Shown here: positions 35,362 to 45,217 of the stretch, in pieces
How the letters are laid out: each line of letters opens with the position of its first letter
Numbering within the stretch: the stretch's first letter is position 1
NCBI GenBank assembly: GCA_022709565.1
Contig: JAKLIO010000001.1
Coordinates: 4,368-68,367 of the forward strand
Length of the DNA stretch: 64,000 nucleotides
Source: Patescibacteria group bacterium
Lineage (GTDB): Bacteria; Patescibacteriota; Minisyncoccia; Moranbacterales; GWC2-37-73
Direction: 5' to 3'
Made by a program: the position numbers and the translations under genes
The notes under the pieces: model-generated
What the model was told of the DNA's origin: nothing
Databases searched by the model: none
What the model saw: the letters and a program-made list of their open reading frames with translations, nothing else

Positions 35362-37035
35362 CTATTTAAAAACCCTTTTTGTTTTGACATACCATTTATT
35401 AACATCCGTGAATCTTTGTTCCGGACTATTAATATTTTGCGCATTGATTTCTTTGACCTTGGTATTGACCGGATACAAATAATAACGTCCGTAAAGGAAA
35501 ATAGCCGGAATTTCTTTGATTAAAATTTCTTGAAACTTTTGATAAGTTTCGACTCTTTTGCCTTCATCCATTTCCTGCCTAGCGCTTTCCAACAGAGAGT
35601 CTGCTTCACTATTATCCAGCATGGATAAATTAAGGCCTTGATCGCGCTTTTGGCTGGAATGCCAAAATGAATATAAATCCGGATTGAAGCTCGTGGCCTG
35701 TCCGAACAAGAGACTGTCATATTCTCTAGTGCGAATATAGTTCTGTTGCAAATCAGAAACTGCCAGAACCTTTACGTTAACTTTAGCGCCTATGCTTTCC
35801 CACTGTTTTTTGAGCATTTCCGCTGTCGTTACCAGCTCCGGCCAGTCAGCTGTTACTAATTCAAATTCCAGTTTTGTTGAACTTTTTTTGAGGACATTTT
35901 CTTCTGCGTTTATTTTCCAGCCGGCTTCGTCCAGAATTTTTTTGGCTTCATCAATATTGGCATCTGTTGATTGTTCGACATAACCCTTCATCTGCGGAAA
36001 GAAAGGCGATTTAAGCGCCAAGCCTTTTGCAAACAACACACTATCCACCAGTTCACGCCTGTTTACGGCCAGATTTAAAGCTTTGCGCACTTCATCGTTT
36101 GCCAAAGCGGCGCTTTTTGTCTGATTGAAAAACACCGAAAAATATCGGGGAATAACAAGTTCATGCATATTGGTACTCTTCACATTCTTGATATCTTTTA
36201 TATTTTGCGGGGTAATACTGCCCATGCCCATAATTTCTTTTTTATTATAGGCATCAATAAGCGCGCTATCAGCAGGATAGAAATTGAAGGTTATTCTTGA
36301 AATATATGGCGCTCCATTGTAATAATTTTTATTAGCCGTAAGCTTAAGCGTCAAAATATTGCCCCCGGCGTCTTTTTGAAAATCAGAAAACGCATATGGC
36401 CCGGATCCGATCGGATGCAGATTATATTCAGCTAGGGCAAACTTTTCCGGAGCAATGTTTTCCCAAACATGTTTCGGCAAAATTCCAATCGTCAGATTAT
36501 CCAAAAATCCGACATAAGGATTTTTAAGGGAAAAAATCAATGTATAATCATCTGCCAAGCGAACATCAACTCCCTGAAGATTTTGCCTGAGTGGGCTCTT
36601 GTAGGATGAGTCCAGCAATATGTTAAATGTGAAAAATGCGTCTTGAGCGGTGAGCTGTTGGCCATCATGCCAGAAAACATCTTTTTTCAAATGTACCGTA
36701 TATTCCTTCTTATCTTCCGAAAGCGAATAATCTTGCGCCAGATCATTAACCACATTTCCGTCTTTGTCATATTTGAAAAGTCCGCTGTATATGAGCTGCG
36801 CCAAATCTGAATCTGCCTGGCTGGTTTGCGAAATCAATGGATTTATATACAAAGGCTGTCCGACAATTCCTTCCACATATTCACCTCCGGTTTTTGGAAT
36901 TTCATTGGTAAAATGTTTATAAAGTGAATTTCCCCACACAACAAAAGAAACCCCCATCATGATGAGAAGCAGGGTTACTAAGATTTTTTCTTTAAAATTT
37001 AAAACACTGGCGATTGATTTCCAATTTTTCGGCAT
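35362..37035 (-). CDS. ABC transporter substrate-binding protein, family 5 (peptide/nickel type)
   Basis: 557 aa with an N-terminal TM anchor and a family-5 SBP-like sequence throughout (..YTLIFSLK..; ..WHDG...). Confidence 0.75.
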   Translation of the reverse strand: MPKNWKSIASVLNFKEKILVTLLLIMMGVSFVVWGNSLYKHFTNEIPKTGGEYVEGIVGQPLYINPLISQTSQADSDLAQLIYSGLFKYDKDGNVVNDLAQDYSLSEDKKEYTVHLKKDVFWHDGQQLTAQDAFFTFNILLDSSYKSPLRQNLQGVDVRLADDYTLIFSLKNPYVGFLDNLTIGILPKHVWENIAPEKFALAEYNLHPIGSGPYAFSDFQKDAGGNILTLKLTANKNYYNGAPYISRITFNFYPADSALIDAYNKKEIMGMGSITPQNIKDIKNVKSTNMHELVIPRYFSVFFNQTKSAALANDEVRKALNLAVNRRELVDSVLFAKGLALKSPFFPQMKGYVEQSTDANIDEAKKILDEAGWKINAEENVLKKSSTKLEFELVTADWPELVTTAEMLKKQWESIGAKVNVKVLAVSDLQQNYIRTREYDSLLFGQATSFNPDLYSFWHSSQKRDQGLNLSMLDNSEADSLLESARQEMDEGKRVETYQKFQEILIKEIPAIFLYGRYYLYPVNTKVKEINAQNINSPEQRFTDVNKWYVKTKRVFK

Positions 37036-37096
37036 AAAATATTTTATTTTTTCAGAATAGATACTAATACTTGTAAGTAAAAATTATGATTTCAGC

Positions 37097-37318
37097 TTAA
37101 CGGTTGGATAGCCAAACCATGGCTATAGCCAACAAAATGAAGATTGTTCCCAGAACAATTGAAACATAAAAAAGAAATTTCTCCATCCCGCGTTTGGTGT
37201 AATATCCGCCAAAATCGCTCCCGAAAGCACCCCCCAATCCACTACCCCTGTTTTGAAGCAGAATAGCGATCGTCAGCAGGACAGAAACAACAATTTGAGC
37301 AATAGTAATCAACTTCAT
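37097..37318 (-). CDS. secG: preprotein translocase subunit SecG
   Basis: 73 aa with two TM segments and the motif ILLQNRGSGLGGAFG. Confidence 0.8.
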   Translation of the reverse strand: MKLITIAQIVVSVLLTIAILLQNRGSGLGGAFGSDFGGYYTKRGMEKFLFYVSIVLGTIFILLAIAMVWLSNR

Positions 37319-37320
37319 TT

Positions 37321-37451
37321 ACCCTGTTAAATAAGATTTGAATTTCATTGGGAAACTCTGACTTACCGTTATTATATTTTTATTCTCTAAATTCCAACCC
37401 TGTTCCAGTCTTCAAATCTTAATTTTGACAAGCAAGATTATTTAACAGGGT
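37321..37451 (-). repeat. long-range hairpin abutting the secG start codon
   Basis: ACCCTGTTAAATAAGATTTGAA (37321-37342) pairs with TTCAAATCTT (37411-37420) and with TTATTTAACAGGGT (37438-37451). The sense strand ends ..TTTAACAGGGTAAATG. Confidence 0.5.
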
Positions 37452-37550
37452 GTGTTTTTTGATTATGTAAAACTTATTTAAACTTACCAAAACCCCATCC
37501 TAAAGTCAAGCTGAACCAGCTAATTTTGCCTTATTTAAAGCTTTTTTATC

Positions 37551-38486
37551 TTAAACACTAAGTTCACCTATTTTTTTCTTAAACTGTTCGAAAATCTTCG
37601 GACCATGCGGATCAGGCAGGAAAATCAGCGCGTCATCATCGGCATAGACCATGCTTCCCTCTTGATGAGTTTTCGGATTTTTCATGATTCTTTGTTTTTC
37701 TGTTTTCTTAAGCATTTTTTCAATCCAGCCAAAAGACAAAATAATTTCACCCAAATTTCTGATGGCTTTGGAAAAAGCCGAATCGGAAATTATTTTCAGC
37801 GGAGGAATTTCAGAGATTCCGTAGGCAGGCTTTATTGATTTGATCCAAGAATTTCTTATTTGAAAACGCTTATAAGTTTCAAATCCATATATTGGAAAAA
37901 GAAACATATACTCGCTGGCAGAATACAGATCTTTCGTGCTTATTTCCAAAGACTCATCGGTTATAAAAAAATTGAGACAGACCCGGTCGGAAATTTTATT
38001 TCCGTGCCTTCTTTTTCTAAAAAGATGCAGCAGCAGTGTTGCCAATGTTCGTCCTGTCCAAATTTTACCCTGCTTGAAAACAAGCAAAATATCCAGATCG
38101 CTTTTGGCTTTGGCATTTTTCATGGCCAGCGCTCCGGTCACTCCAATCATCTTGATGAAAGGGACAAATCTGAGCAAATGAGAAGCTTTTAAAAGAATTT
38201 TCATCTTGCCCATGGAAATTTTATTATTCTTGATGCGCCTATCCACTAAAAATTTCCGTCCTTTCAAAAAGTAGAATCCGTTATGTTTTTCTATAAATTC
38301 AGCCAATTTTTCATCGGCCAGTTGTTTTGTAATTTCAGCCAGATTAATTTGCAATTCTTGTTTGTTATCCAAAAAATAATCCGTTCTGATTAAATATTTC
38401 CATATTTCAAAAGCCGTCAGCGGGTAGTCAAATCCGTCGTAATATATGATCGTCGCCAAAATGTGTTTATTAAGCTTGCTGGACAT
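37551..38486 (-). CDS. hypothetical protein, possible nucleotidyltransferase fold
   Basis: GVTGALAMKNAKAKSDLDILLV resembles the pol-beta-type NTase G[SG]...DxD motif, but the match is weak. Confidence 0.4.
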   Translation of the reverse strand: MSSKLNKHILATIIYYDGFDYPLTAFEIWKYLIRTDYFLDNKQELQINLAEITKQLADEKLAEFIEKHNGFYFLKGRKFLVDRRIKNNKISMGKMKILLKASHLLRFVPFIKMIGVTGALAMKNAKAKSDLDILLVFKQGKIWTGRTLATLLLHLFRKRRHGNKISDRVCLNFFITDESLEISTKDLYSASEYMFLFPIYGFETYKRFQIRNSWIKSIKPAYGISEIPPLKIISDSAFSKAIRNLGEIILSFGWIEKMLKKTEKQRIMKNPKTHQEGSMVYADDDALIFLPDPHGPKIFEQFKKKIGELSV

Positions 38487-38487
38487 A

Positions 38488-38533
38488 AATTTCGTATCTA
38501 GTATCTAGTATTTCGTATTTCGTATTTCGTATC
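38488..38533. repeat. short-period GTATTTCGTAT / GTATCTAGTAT array
   Basis: atttcgtatctagtatctagtatttcgtatttcgtatttcgtatc lies directly 5' of 168-bp repeat copy B. Confidence 0.6.
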
Positions 38534-38539
38534 CCATCT

Positions 38540-38707
38540 GCGCCATATGAAGTACGTAGGCAAAGCGCGAGTGATGAGCGTTAAAAAATTTTAAAACGGA
38601 GCGTAGCGGAGTGCAAATTTTAGTGAAGAACGAAGCGCTTGCCACAGTATCTTCATCAGGCGCGACTTTCTTTTGTAACTTTTCTTATCCTAGAAAGAAA
38701 AGTTAAT
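38540..38707. repeat. 168-bp structured repeat, copy B
   Basis: See copy A (30087-30254). Same orientation and same type of flanking array. Confidence 0.7.
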
Positions 38708-38806
38708 GAAAATTTTGCAAAAAAATAAAGCGGAAATAAATTCTCTCAGAAAGAAATGTTAATGAATCTTTACGGAAAAAAAAGCGAGAGAAGAGCATTT
38801 AAATAT

Positions 38807-39844
38807 CTAAACACTTTCTTCACCCACTTCACGTTGATCAAAAAAATGATTGAAAACCACGTTAATCGAAGTAGCAATCGGCACAGCCAAAACCGCTCCC
38901 AGCACTCCGCCCAGCTTGATGCCGATCATTAAGGCCAAAATTACCAAAATCGGATTTAGTCCCACCACCTTTTTCATAAGCTGCGGAACGATGATGTTGC
39001 TTTCAATTTGCTGAATAATTGTCAGGATGCCTAAAACCATTAGCCCCGTAACCGGAGAAATCAAAAAGCCCACCACGGAAGCCAGCCCGATTGAAATTAT
39101 CGGCCCGAGATACGGAACGATTTCCAAAAGACCCGCCAAAATAGCCAGGGCCAAAGCATATTTGACTTTGAAAATAGACAGAGCAATAAAATCCAAAAAG
39201 AAAATTATGGCCATAAGCAGAAGCTGTCCGGCCAGCCAATTGCCAACTTTTTTCTTGATACTGTCTGCGATAGCAATAATCCGGCCCTGCTGCGCCTGCG
39301 GCGTTATAAAGAGCAAGAATTTGTTCATGCCGTCTTCCTTGACCAACATGTAGAAAGTCAGCGCCAAAACCACGACAACTGAAATGAAAAATGAAAAAAC
39401 CCCGACCGTAGTGGAAAATATCTGATTGGATGATTGGAAAAAACCACCCGTATTTTGCAAGAGAAAATCGCTGGTATTAAATTTTATATTATACGACTGC
39501 GCGTAGCGACTTATACTATTCAAAAAACTTTCAAACGAACTTGCATAGCCCGGCAATTCTTTGGCAAATTCCTGAAATTGGCTGATAAGCGGCGGGATCA
39601 GAAAAGAAAAAAGCAGTCCTACAATCAGCAGCATGATTGCATAAATAATCAGCACGCCCAAAGGACGCGGGATTTTGCGTCTGGCCAGGAAGTCGACCGG
39701 CGAATCGAAAGTAGCGGTCAAAATAACCGACAAGAACAATAAAGCCAGTACATCACGCACCAAATACAAAAACCACAGACCCAAGATGATGGAAAAAATC
39801 TTAAGTATGGTTGCTGTTGAAATGCTGATTAAGCGATTGTTCAT
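38807..39844 (-). CDS. AI-2E family transporter (PerM/UPF0118)
   Basis: 345 aa with about 8 TM segments and family-typical blocks such as ..LEIVPYLGPII... Confidence 0.75.
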   Translation of the reverse strand: MNNRLISISTATILKIFSIILGLWFLYLVRDVLALLFLSVILTATFDSPVDFLARRKIPRPLGVLIIYAIMLLIVGLLFSFLIPPLISQFQEFAKELPGYASSFESFLNSISRYAQSYNIKFNTSDFLLQNTGGFFQSSNQIFSTTVGVFSFFISVVVVLALTFYMLVKEDGMNKFLLFITPQAQQGRIIAIADSIKKKVGNWLAGQLLLMAIIFFLDFIALSIFKVKYALALAILAGLLEIVPYLGPIISIGLASVVGFLISPVTGLMVLGILTIIQQIESNIIVPQLMKKVVGLNPILVILALMIGIKLGGVLGAVLAVPIATSINVVFNHFFDQREVGEESV

Positions 39845-39855
39845 AAATTTAAAAC

Positions 39856-41130
39856 TTAAAATTTACCCGCTAGAATTTTTTTGATTTTTGCATTATTTTT
39901 TTGTGGTCCGATAATCGCCAAGTTAAGTTTTTCCGATCGGAAAACATCTTTAGCTACCCGCAAAATATCTTTGGGAGTGACAGCATCAATTTTGGCGAAA
40001 ATTTCCTTGAGTGTCAGAATTTTTTCTTTGTGAAATTCCTGGTCGATAAAAAATATAGCCACCTCATCTGAAGCCTCAAACTCCATCACCCCTTTGCCTT
40101 TCACAAAATCTTTGGCTTTTCTGAGTTCCTTCTGGCCAACCTCAGAAGTGGCTATTTTTTTGTATTCCATGAGAATCACTTCAATCGTTTCTTGCAGTTT
40201 TTTATGATCAACTCCCGCTTGCGTGGAAATGTAGCCGCAATCTTGATAGGTATCAACACCTGTGCGCACCGAGTAGGCCAGCCCGCGCTTTTCCCGCACT
40301 TCCGTAAACAGACGGCTGCTCATATTGCCACCGAGAATAATCGCCAAAAGCGACAAGGCAAAACGATCTTTATGCTCTTGTTTATAAGCGCGATTAGCCA
40401 GGATAAAATGCGTCTGATCGGTTTTTTTGAATTTAATATGAACCTCTGGTTTTTTTTGTTTCTCGGAAATTTTGACAAACTGAGAAATTTTGCCTTTCGG
40501 CATGCCACCCAGATATTTTTTGATTTTTTGGATAATTTCCTTTTCGTTAAATTTGCCGGCCACACAAACCACTGTGCCCGCACCGTTATAGTGCTTGCGC
40601 ATGTAATCGATGAAATCTTTACGCTTGAATTTCTGGATCGTTTTTTTGTAACCGATAATCTCGCGTCCCAAGGCTGAATTTTTGTAGAGCAGTTTTTCCA
40701 ATTCATCCCCCACGCTTCTGCGCGGATCATCTTCATACATACTAAGCTCCTGAAGAATGGTACCGCTTTCTTTGTCGATTTCTTTCTGTTCGATTTTCGA
40801 ATTCAAAAACATGTCTGTCAGTACGTCAAAAGCCGTGCCGATATGTTTGGAATCCGCTTTGGCATAATAGAGCGTTTTGTCTTTGGAAGTAAATGCATTA
40901 AACTCGCCTCCGATCGCATCCAATTCTTCGCTGATATCCTGCGTTGTCGGACGTTTTTTGGTGCCCTTGAAAAACATGTGTTCAATAAAATGTGAGAGTC
41001 CAGCTTGTTTTTCGGTTTCAAAACGCGACCCGGCATTAACCATCAGCATTACCGTCGCCGTCTGCGTCCCCTGCATGGGAACAGTTATGATCCTGAGCCC
41101 ATTTTTAAGTGTTGTTTTTTTGTAATTCAT
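39856..41130 (-). CDS. M16-family zinc peptidase (insulinase-like)
   Basis: Has the inverted zinc motif HFIEHMFFKGT. I place the start at ATG 41130 (MNYKKTTLKNGLRIITV), which avoids overlap with the upstream gene. Confidence 0.85.
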   Translation of the reverse strand: MNYKKTTLKNGLRIITVPMQGTQTATVMLMVNAGSRFETEKQAGLSHFIEHMFFKGTKKRPTTQDISEELDAIGGEFNAFTSKDKTLYYAKADSKHIGTAFDVLTDMFLNSKIEQKEIDKESGTILQELSMYEDDPRRSVGDELEKLLYKNSALGREIIGYKKTIQKFKRKDFIDYMRKHYNGAGTVVCVAGKFNEKEIIQKIKKYLGGMPKGKISQFVKISEKQKKPEVHIKFKKTDQTHFILANRAYKQEHKDRFALSLLAIILGGNMSSRLFTEVREKRGLAYSVRTGVDTYQDCGYISTQAGVDHKKLQETIEVILMEYKKIATSEVGQKELRKAKDFVKGKGVMEFEASDEVAIFFIDQEFHKEKILTLKEIFAKIDAVTPKDILRVAKDVFRSEKLNLAIIGPQKNNAKIKKILAGKF

Positions 41131-41141
41131 AAATAATATAA

Positions 41142-42098
41142 TTATTTTTTCTTCTTTTTGTTTCTGCTGACTCTTATAAGTCCTGAACATGGCACAATTT
41201 CAATGCCCTTCTTTTCCAATTCATCCAAAAACAAATTCATGCCCAATGAGTCAGAAGAGATATGACCGGCAATAACCACATTAATATGATATTTTTCCGC
41301 TTCTTTGCGATGTTCTTCGCTCATATGCATGCCAATAACAGTTCCTATTCCAGCTTGAGACAATTTTTCATAAATATTTTTACTTCCGGAAGTTCCTCCA
41401 GTAATTTCCGTTAGAGCAATCTTGCCAGTTCTGTTATCTTCCGATCCGGAAAATATTACCGGCCCAAAACCTTTTTTTGCTGCTTCTTTATATTCCGGTA
41501 TTTCCAATAAAGATTTTATGACATCACCCACATATTCCGGTTTATCTTTTTTTATTTTATTGTCAACAAATCTAGCTACCAAGTTGTCAGCTGGGGTGTG
41601 CACATTCATCAGACTTATATTCATTAGTTTTGCCGCATCAATTTCTTTGTAATGATTTTCCGCGCTTATGCCACGACCTACTTCACTGATTCTAATCTTC
41701 ATTAAACTCTCCGCCACATTGATTGGCACGCCGTATTGTTCCAAAACATCGGCTTGCAGACGCATAACATCATCTAGGCCAACCAATCCCATTCCGACCG
41801 GATGATGCGCAATGACCGTTTCAATATCCAATTCTTCGGCCAGCATTATTTCCGCCGTATCAATGTCGATCCCAACCATCACTTTTTTGATATTCTTTTT
41901 GCCATTGTCAAAATGGATTCTGGAATCTGCATAGGGATTTTTCAATTTTTCCACGTCAAAAATTTCTTTCTGATCTTTTGAAAGTTTTTCATATTTTTCT
42001 TTTTGTCGTTTCATCTGTTTCTCTATCTGCTGCTTTGGACGAAAATCATTTTCGATTCCCATTTTAATTGCCAGTTTGTAAATTTCTTGGATGTTCAT
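41142..42098 (-). CDS. NIF3-family (dinuclear metal centre) protein
   Basis: Has ..ETVIAHHPV.. and ..NVHTPADN.. blocks typical of NIF3/YbgI. Recognised from memory. Confidence 0.5.
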   Translation of the reverse strand: MNIQEIYKLAIKMGIENDFRPKQQIEKQMKRQKEKYEKLSKDQKEIFDVEKLKNPYADSRIHFDNGKKNIKKVMVGIDIDTAEIMLAEELDIETVIAHHPVGMGLVGLDDVMRLQADVLEQYGVPINVAESLMKIRISEVGRGISAENHYKEIDAAKLMNISLMNVHTPADNLVARFVDNKIKKDKPEYVGDVIKSLLEIPEYKEAAKKGFGPVIFSGSEDNRTGKIALTEITGGTSGSKNIYEKLSQAGIGTVIGMHMSEEHRKEAEKYHINVVIAGHISSDSLGMNLFLDELEKKGIEIVPCSGLIRVSRNKKKKK

Positions 42099-42119
42099 AT
42101 TCGATTATATATAATTAAA

Positions 42120-43451
42120 TTATTTATTAATTTTTCTGATTAATGATAGCGGCTGAATATCCTTTTTATTAATTTTAACATAATATAGTTTCTCGTGCCC
42201 ACCGTGCGCCGAAACCACTTTATTTTTACCTTCATCATAAATAGCCAGAATTTTGGCCGGAATATTCTTCTCAGGCGTCACAATTTCAATTTTATCTTCC
42301 TTGCGCAGAGCATTGTGGCTTTTAACTTTAAGTTCGCCGCCGTTAGCCTCTAGAACTTCACCGACAAACTGAAACGCGTCACTGGTTTGCTGACCGGCGA
42401 AACTATGCTCAGGTTCATTGCCCAAAAGAAAGCCTTCCGTATATCCCCGATTAGCCAGCTTGTCCAATTCCTGTTCTGACCATTTTTGAATTTTTTTAAT
42501 TTCGGCTGAACTTTTTTTCGCTTCGATTGCATCAATCACTTTTCTGTAGGCGCGCACTGTGTTGGCTACATAATAGGCGCTCTTGGTGCGTCCTTCGATT
42601 TTGAAAGCCATGACTCCCGCTTTTCTAAGCTCGGTTAAATGTTTTATCAAATTCAAATCCTTGCTGTTAAAAAAATATGTCCCATGTGAATCTTCCTCCA
42701 GTTCTACCTCCGTACCACTTTGCATTTCAGTTACTATAATATTTTTGTATTTTTTCGCATTTTGTTTGGAAATTTTATCATTGTGATTTGTTTGAAAATT
42801 GGAAATTGAAAATTGATCATTGGGGCGGTACGCCCATCTGCACGGTTGCGTGCAGCCTCCTTCATTCGCGCTTTGGTTTGACATCCACTTGCTCAAGATG
42901 CAGCGGCCGGAATAGCTCATACACATGGCGCCATGGACAAAATATTCCAATTCCAGTTTGGGAACTCTTTTGTGAATTTCCTGAATATCTTCCAGAATGA
43001 CTTCGCGCGCTAAAATAACTCTTTTGACACCCGCGGCATGCCAAAATTTGGCCGCGCGCCAGTTAGTCGTGTTAGCCTGCGTGCTGAGATGGATGTCCAC
43101 GCCCGGCAAATATTTTTTAGCCAATTCTATAATTCCCGGATCAGAAATGATCACGCCGTCGATTTTTATTTTCCTGAGAAATTGGAGATGTTTTTCCACA
43201 ACCAGCAAATGATAGTTATGCGCGTAGATATTCACCGTCACAAATATTTTCTTGCCCCGCGCATGCGCGTATTCAGCCGCCATCGCCAAATCTTTTTCGG
43301 AAAAATTGTTGACTCTGGCCCGCATGGAAATGTCCGGCGTGCCGGCATAAACCGCATCCGCCCCGTATTCTATGGCATATTTAAGCTTTTCCAGACTCCC
43401 CGCCGGCGCCAATAATTCTATTCGATTCTTGGAACTTTTTACAATTCTCAT
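42120..43451 (-). CDS. U32-family peptidase-like protein (with an in-frame insertion)
   Basis: Reads IELLAPAGSLEKLKYAIEYGADAVY..., ..CMSYSGRC.. and ..GGCTQPCRW. Confidence 0.85.
   Translation of the reverse strand: MRIVKSSKNRIELLAPAGSLEKLKYAIEYGADAVYAGTPDISMRARVNNFSEKDLAMAAEYAHARGKKIFVTVNIYAHNYHLLVVEKHLQFLRKIKIDGVIISDPGIIELAKKYLPGVDIHLSTQANTTNWRAAKFWHAAGVKRVILAREVILEDIQEIHKRVPKLELEYFVHGAMCMSYSGRCILSKWMSNQSANEGGCTQPCRWAYRPNDQFSISNFQTNHNDKISKQNAKKYKNIIVTEMQSGTEVELEEDSHGTYFFNSKDLNLIKHLTELRKAGVMAFKIEGRTKSAYYVANTVRAYRKVIDAIEAKKSSAEIKKIQKWSEQELDKLANRGYTEGFLLGNEPEHSFAGQQTSDAFQFVGEVLEANGGELKVKSHNALRKEDKIEIVTPEKNIPAKILAIYDEGKNKVVSAHGGHEKLYYVKINKKDIQPLSLIRKINK
42762..42822 (-). repeat. low-complexity element inserted in frame in the U32 gene
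   Basis: The coding strand reads ..CAATTTTCAATTTCCAATTTTCAAACAAATCACAAT.. and encodes DQFSISNFQTNHND. It is homologous to, and in the same frame as, the recG insert. Confidence 0.7.
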
Positions 43452-43540
43452 AGTGTTTTGACAAGCTTCAGAATACCCCTAATTGCCCTAATAGTCAATA
43501 AAAACATGCCTATAAGCAGACATGCTTTAAAATAATTTTA

Positions 43541-43580
43541 CCCCGTTAAATTTTCACAAAGTGAAACTATTTAACTGGGG
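43541..43580 (-). repeat. hairpin-family element
   Basis: The plus strand reads CCCCGTTAAAT TTTCAC aaa GTGAAA ct ATTTAACTGGGG. Confidence 0.6.
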
Positions 43581-43633
43581 TGTTTTAAAAGTGTTACTTA
43601 ACTAGTTACTGAACACTTTATTATTACTTCTCT

Positions 43634-43662
43634 ATAATACCCCCATTCCACATCCCTTTCAA
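43634..43662 (-). promoter_or_regulatory. putative sigma70-type promoter (conserved cassette)
   Basis: The minus strand reads GCCTTGAAA-GGGATGTGGAATGGGGG-TATTAT (17-nt spacer). It belongs to the same cassette as the promoters at 48979 and 53417. Confidence 0.55.
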
Positions 43663-43712
43663 GGCATAAGAAACAGGCTCCTTCGAAGCTTTTTTTGTTG
43701 AAGTTTTTGTAA

Positions 43713-44291
43713 TTATCTATAAATCCAGTACTCCACTTCTTCCATATCTTCTCCATTTTGTTTTTTCGATATAAGTTCCCTCATCGCTTTTCCGCCTAAA
43801 GATTCTGGGATTTTCCTGCTAGCAATATTTTCTTTTGCAACAGGATATAGCAAATATTCATATTCTATGTTCTTATCAGCCCACTCTTTAAGGCCCGCAA
43901 CCGCTTCTCGCCCATATTTATTTCCATGAGCTGATTTTTTAATCCAAATTCCTAATTCGGGAGTTTTTGTATCAAGATGATGAATACCTCCCCCGCCTAA
44001 AAATTCGTTTGTTTCCTTATTGAAAATGCTTACCGCAAGATCTAACCCGTTTTTAATACGCTCTCTTGCATCATTGATAAAGTTTTCAGTATCTTCTATT
44101 TGTTTTGGCGTTGACGGAAACATGAATTTTGTCACTTCATCAGTAAACTCTGAAAAAATCATATCCTTATATTTTAAAGATACAGGTTTTAGAGTAAGCC
44201 GCTCGGTTTCAATTTCAACATTAAGCAGATTTTCTATTGGTCGCTTATTTTCTCTTAATTGTTCCGGATTCATATTTTTATTATTTAACAA
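43713..44291 (-). CDS. GNAT-family N-acetyltransferase (RimJ/RimL-like)
   Basis: Has ..TERLTLKPV.. at the N-terminus and an acetyl-CoA-type block (..GNKYGREAV...). Confidence 0.75.
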   Translation of the reverse strand: MLNNKNMNPEQLRENKRPIENLLNVEIETERLTLKPVSLKYKDMIFSEFTDEVTKFMFPSTPKQIEDTENFINDARERIKNGLDLAVSIFNKETNEFLGGGGIHHLDTKTPELGIWIKKSAHGNKYGREAVAGLKEWADKNIEYEYLLYPVAKENIASRKIPESLGGKAMRELISKKQNGEDMEEVEYWIYR

Positions 44292-44333
44292 CTCTGCCCA
44301 TTTTTTAGTATCTTAAGAGCCCTACTGGAATCA

Positions 44334-45206
44334 TTACGGCTGAAGAATATCTTCCGTCCGCCCATTGACCGATATGACAACTTCTTTAACAGTCGGGAAC
44401 TGCCTGAGCGTATCCTCAATTTGCGATCTGATGGCGCTTACCCGGCAAGAACCGCCGACAGCCTGCTCCAATTGTCCGTTAAAATCAACCCGGGCTTTGC
44501 CGGCCTGTATGCTGATGCTGTTCAGTTTTACCGATGGGTTGATGGATGTGAAATAACCCGCTGATTTTTCTTCCAGTGTTGGACCGACCAAAAGAAGTTC
44601 GATGGCTGCTCGCGCTACCGCCTGAGTTTTCGCAATCACCCGTTCGCGCGGAGCTGTGACTGAACAATCCATTTCCGTGCGGCTTTCTTCGTGGCTGAAA
44701 AATACTTTGACAACCGTGGTTTCTCCTTGTGAAAAAACAACCGGCACGGCGAAAGAATCGTCCAATTCTTCCAAATCGGAAGCATTGGCTTTCAGCAAGA
44801 TCAAATTTCCCGACTTAGCCGTTTTGCGGTCAAAAACCAGAGTGGCTTTAAAAGGCACGAAATTTTCTGTCATCCACTCGCCCTCAGCCTCCGCAATTCC
44901 GCTAGCCAATTCTTTTCCGTTTTCATCCACGAGACGCACCGGAAAACTGGCCTCGAAAAACCAACTGCCCCGCGCTTCGCCGCTTATTTCCAACGGACTG
45001 CTGATTTCAGCTCCGGCTTGCGGCTTTGTCACTCGGATAAGATTTTCATAATTTTTTTCCGATTCTTTCTTCTTCTCCTCTTGAACTATTACTGGCGATT
45101 TGACTTGCGGAGCAGCTTCCTTTTTTTCGGATTTAGAAAAAACAACATAGGCCGCGACGGCCACTAACACAACCGCCAAAAATATTAACCAGATATATTT
45201 TTTCAT
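44334..45206 (-). CDS. secreted protein with an Ig-like (Gmad2-type) domain and a GerMN domain
   Basis: Has an N-terminal TM, then ..ISSPLEISGEARGSWFFEASFPVRL.., then ..ELLLVGPTLEEKSAGYFTSI... Family names are from memory. Confidence 0.55.
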   Translation of the reverse strand: MKKYIWLIFLAVVLVAVAAYVVFSKSEKKEAAPQVKSPVIVQEEKKKESEKNYENLIRVTKPQAGAEISSPLEISGEARGSWFFEASFPVRLVDENGKELASGIAEAEGEWMTENFVPFKATLVFDRKTAKSGNLILLKANASDLEELDDSFAVPVVFSQGETTVVKVFFSHEESRTEMDCSVTAPRERVIAKTQAVARAAIELLLVGPTLEEKSAGYFTSINPSVKLNSISIQAGKARVDFNGQLEQAVGGSCRVSAIRSQIEDTLRQFPTVKEVVISVNGRTEDILQP

Positions 45207-45217
45207 ATTTATATTAT

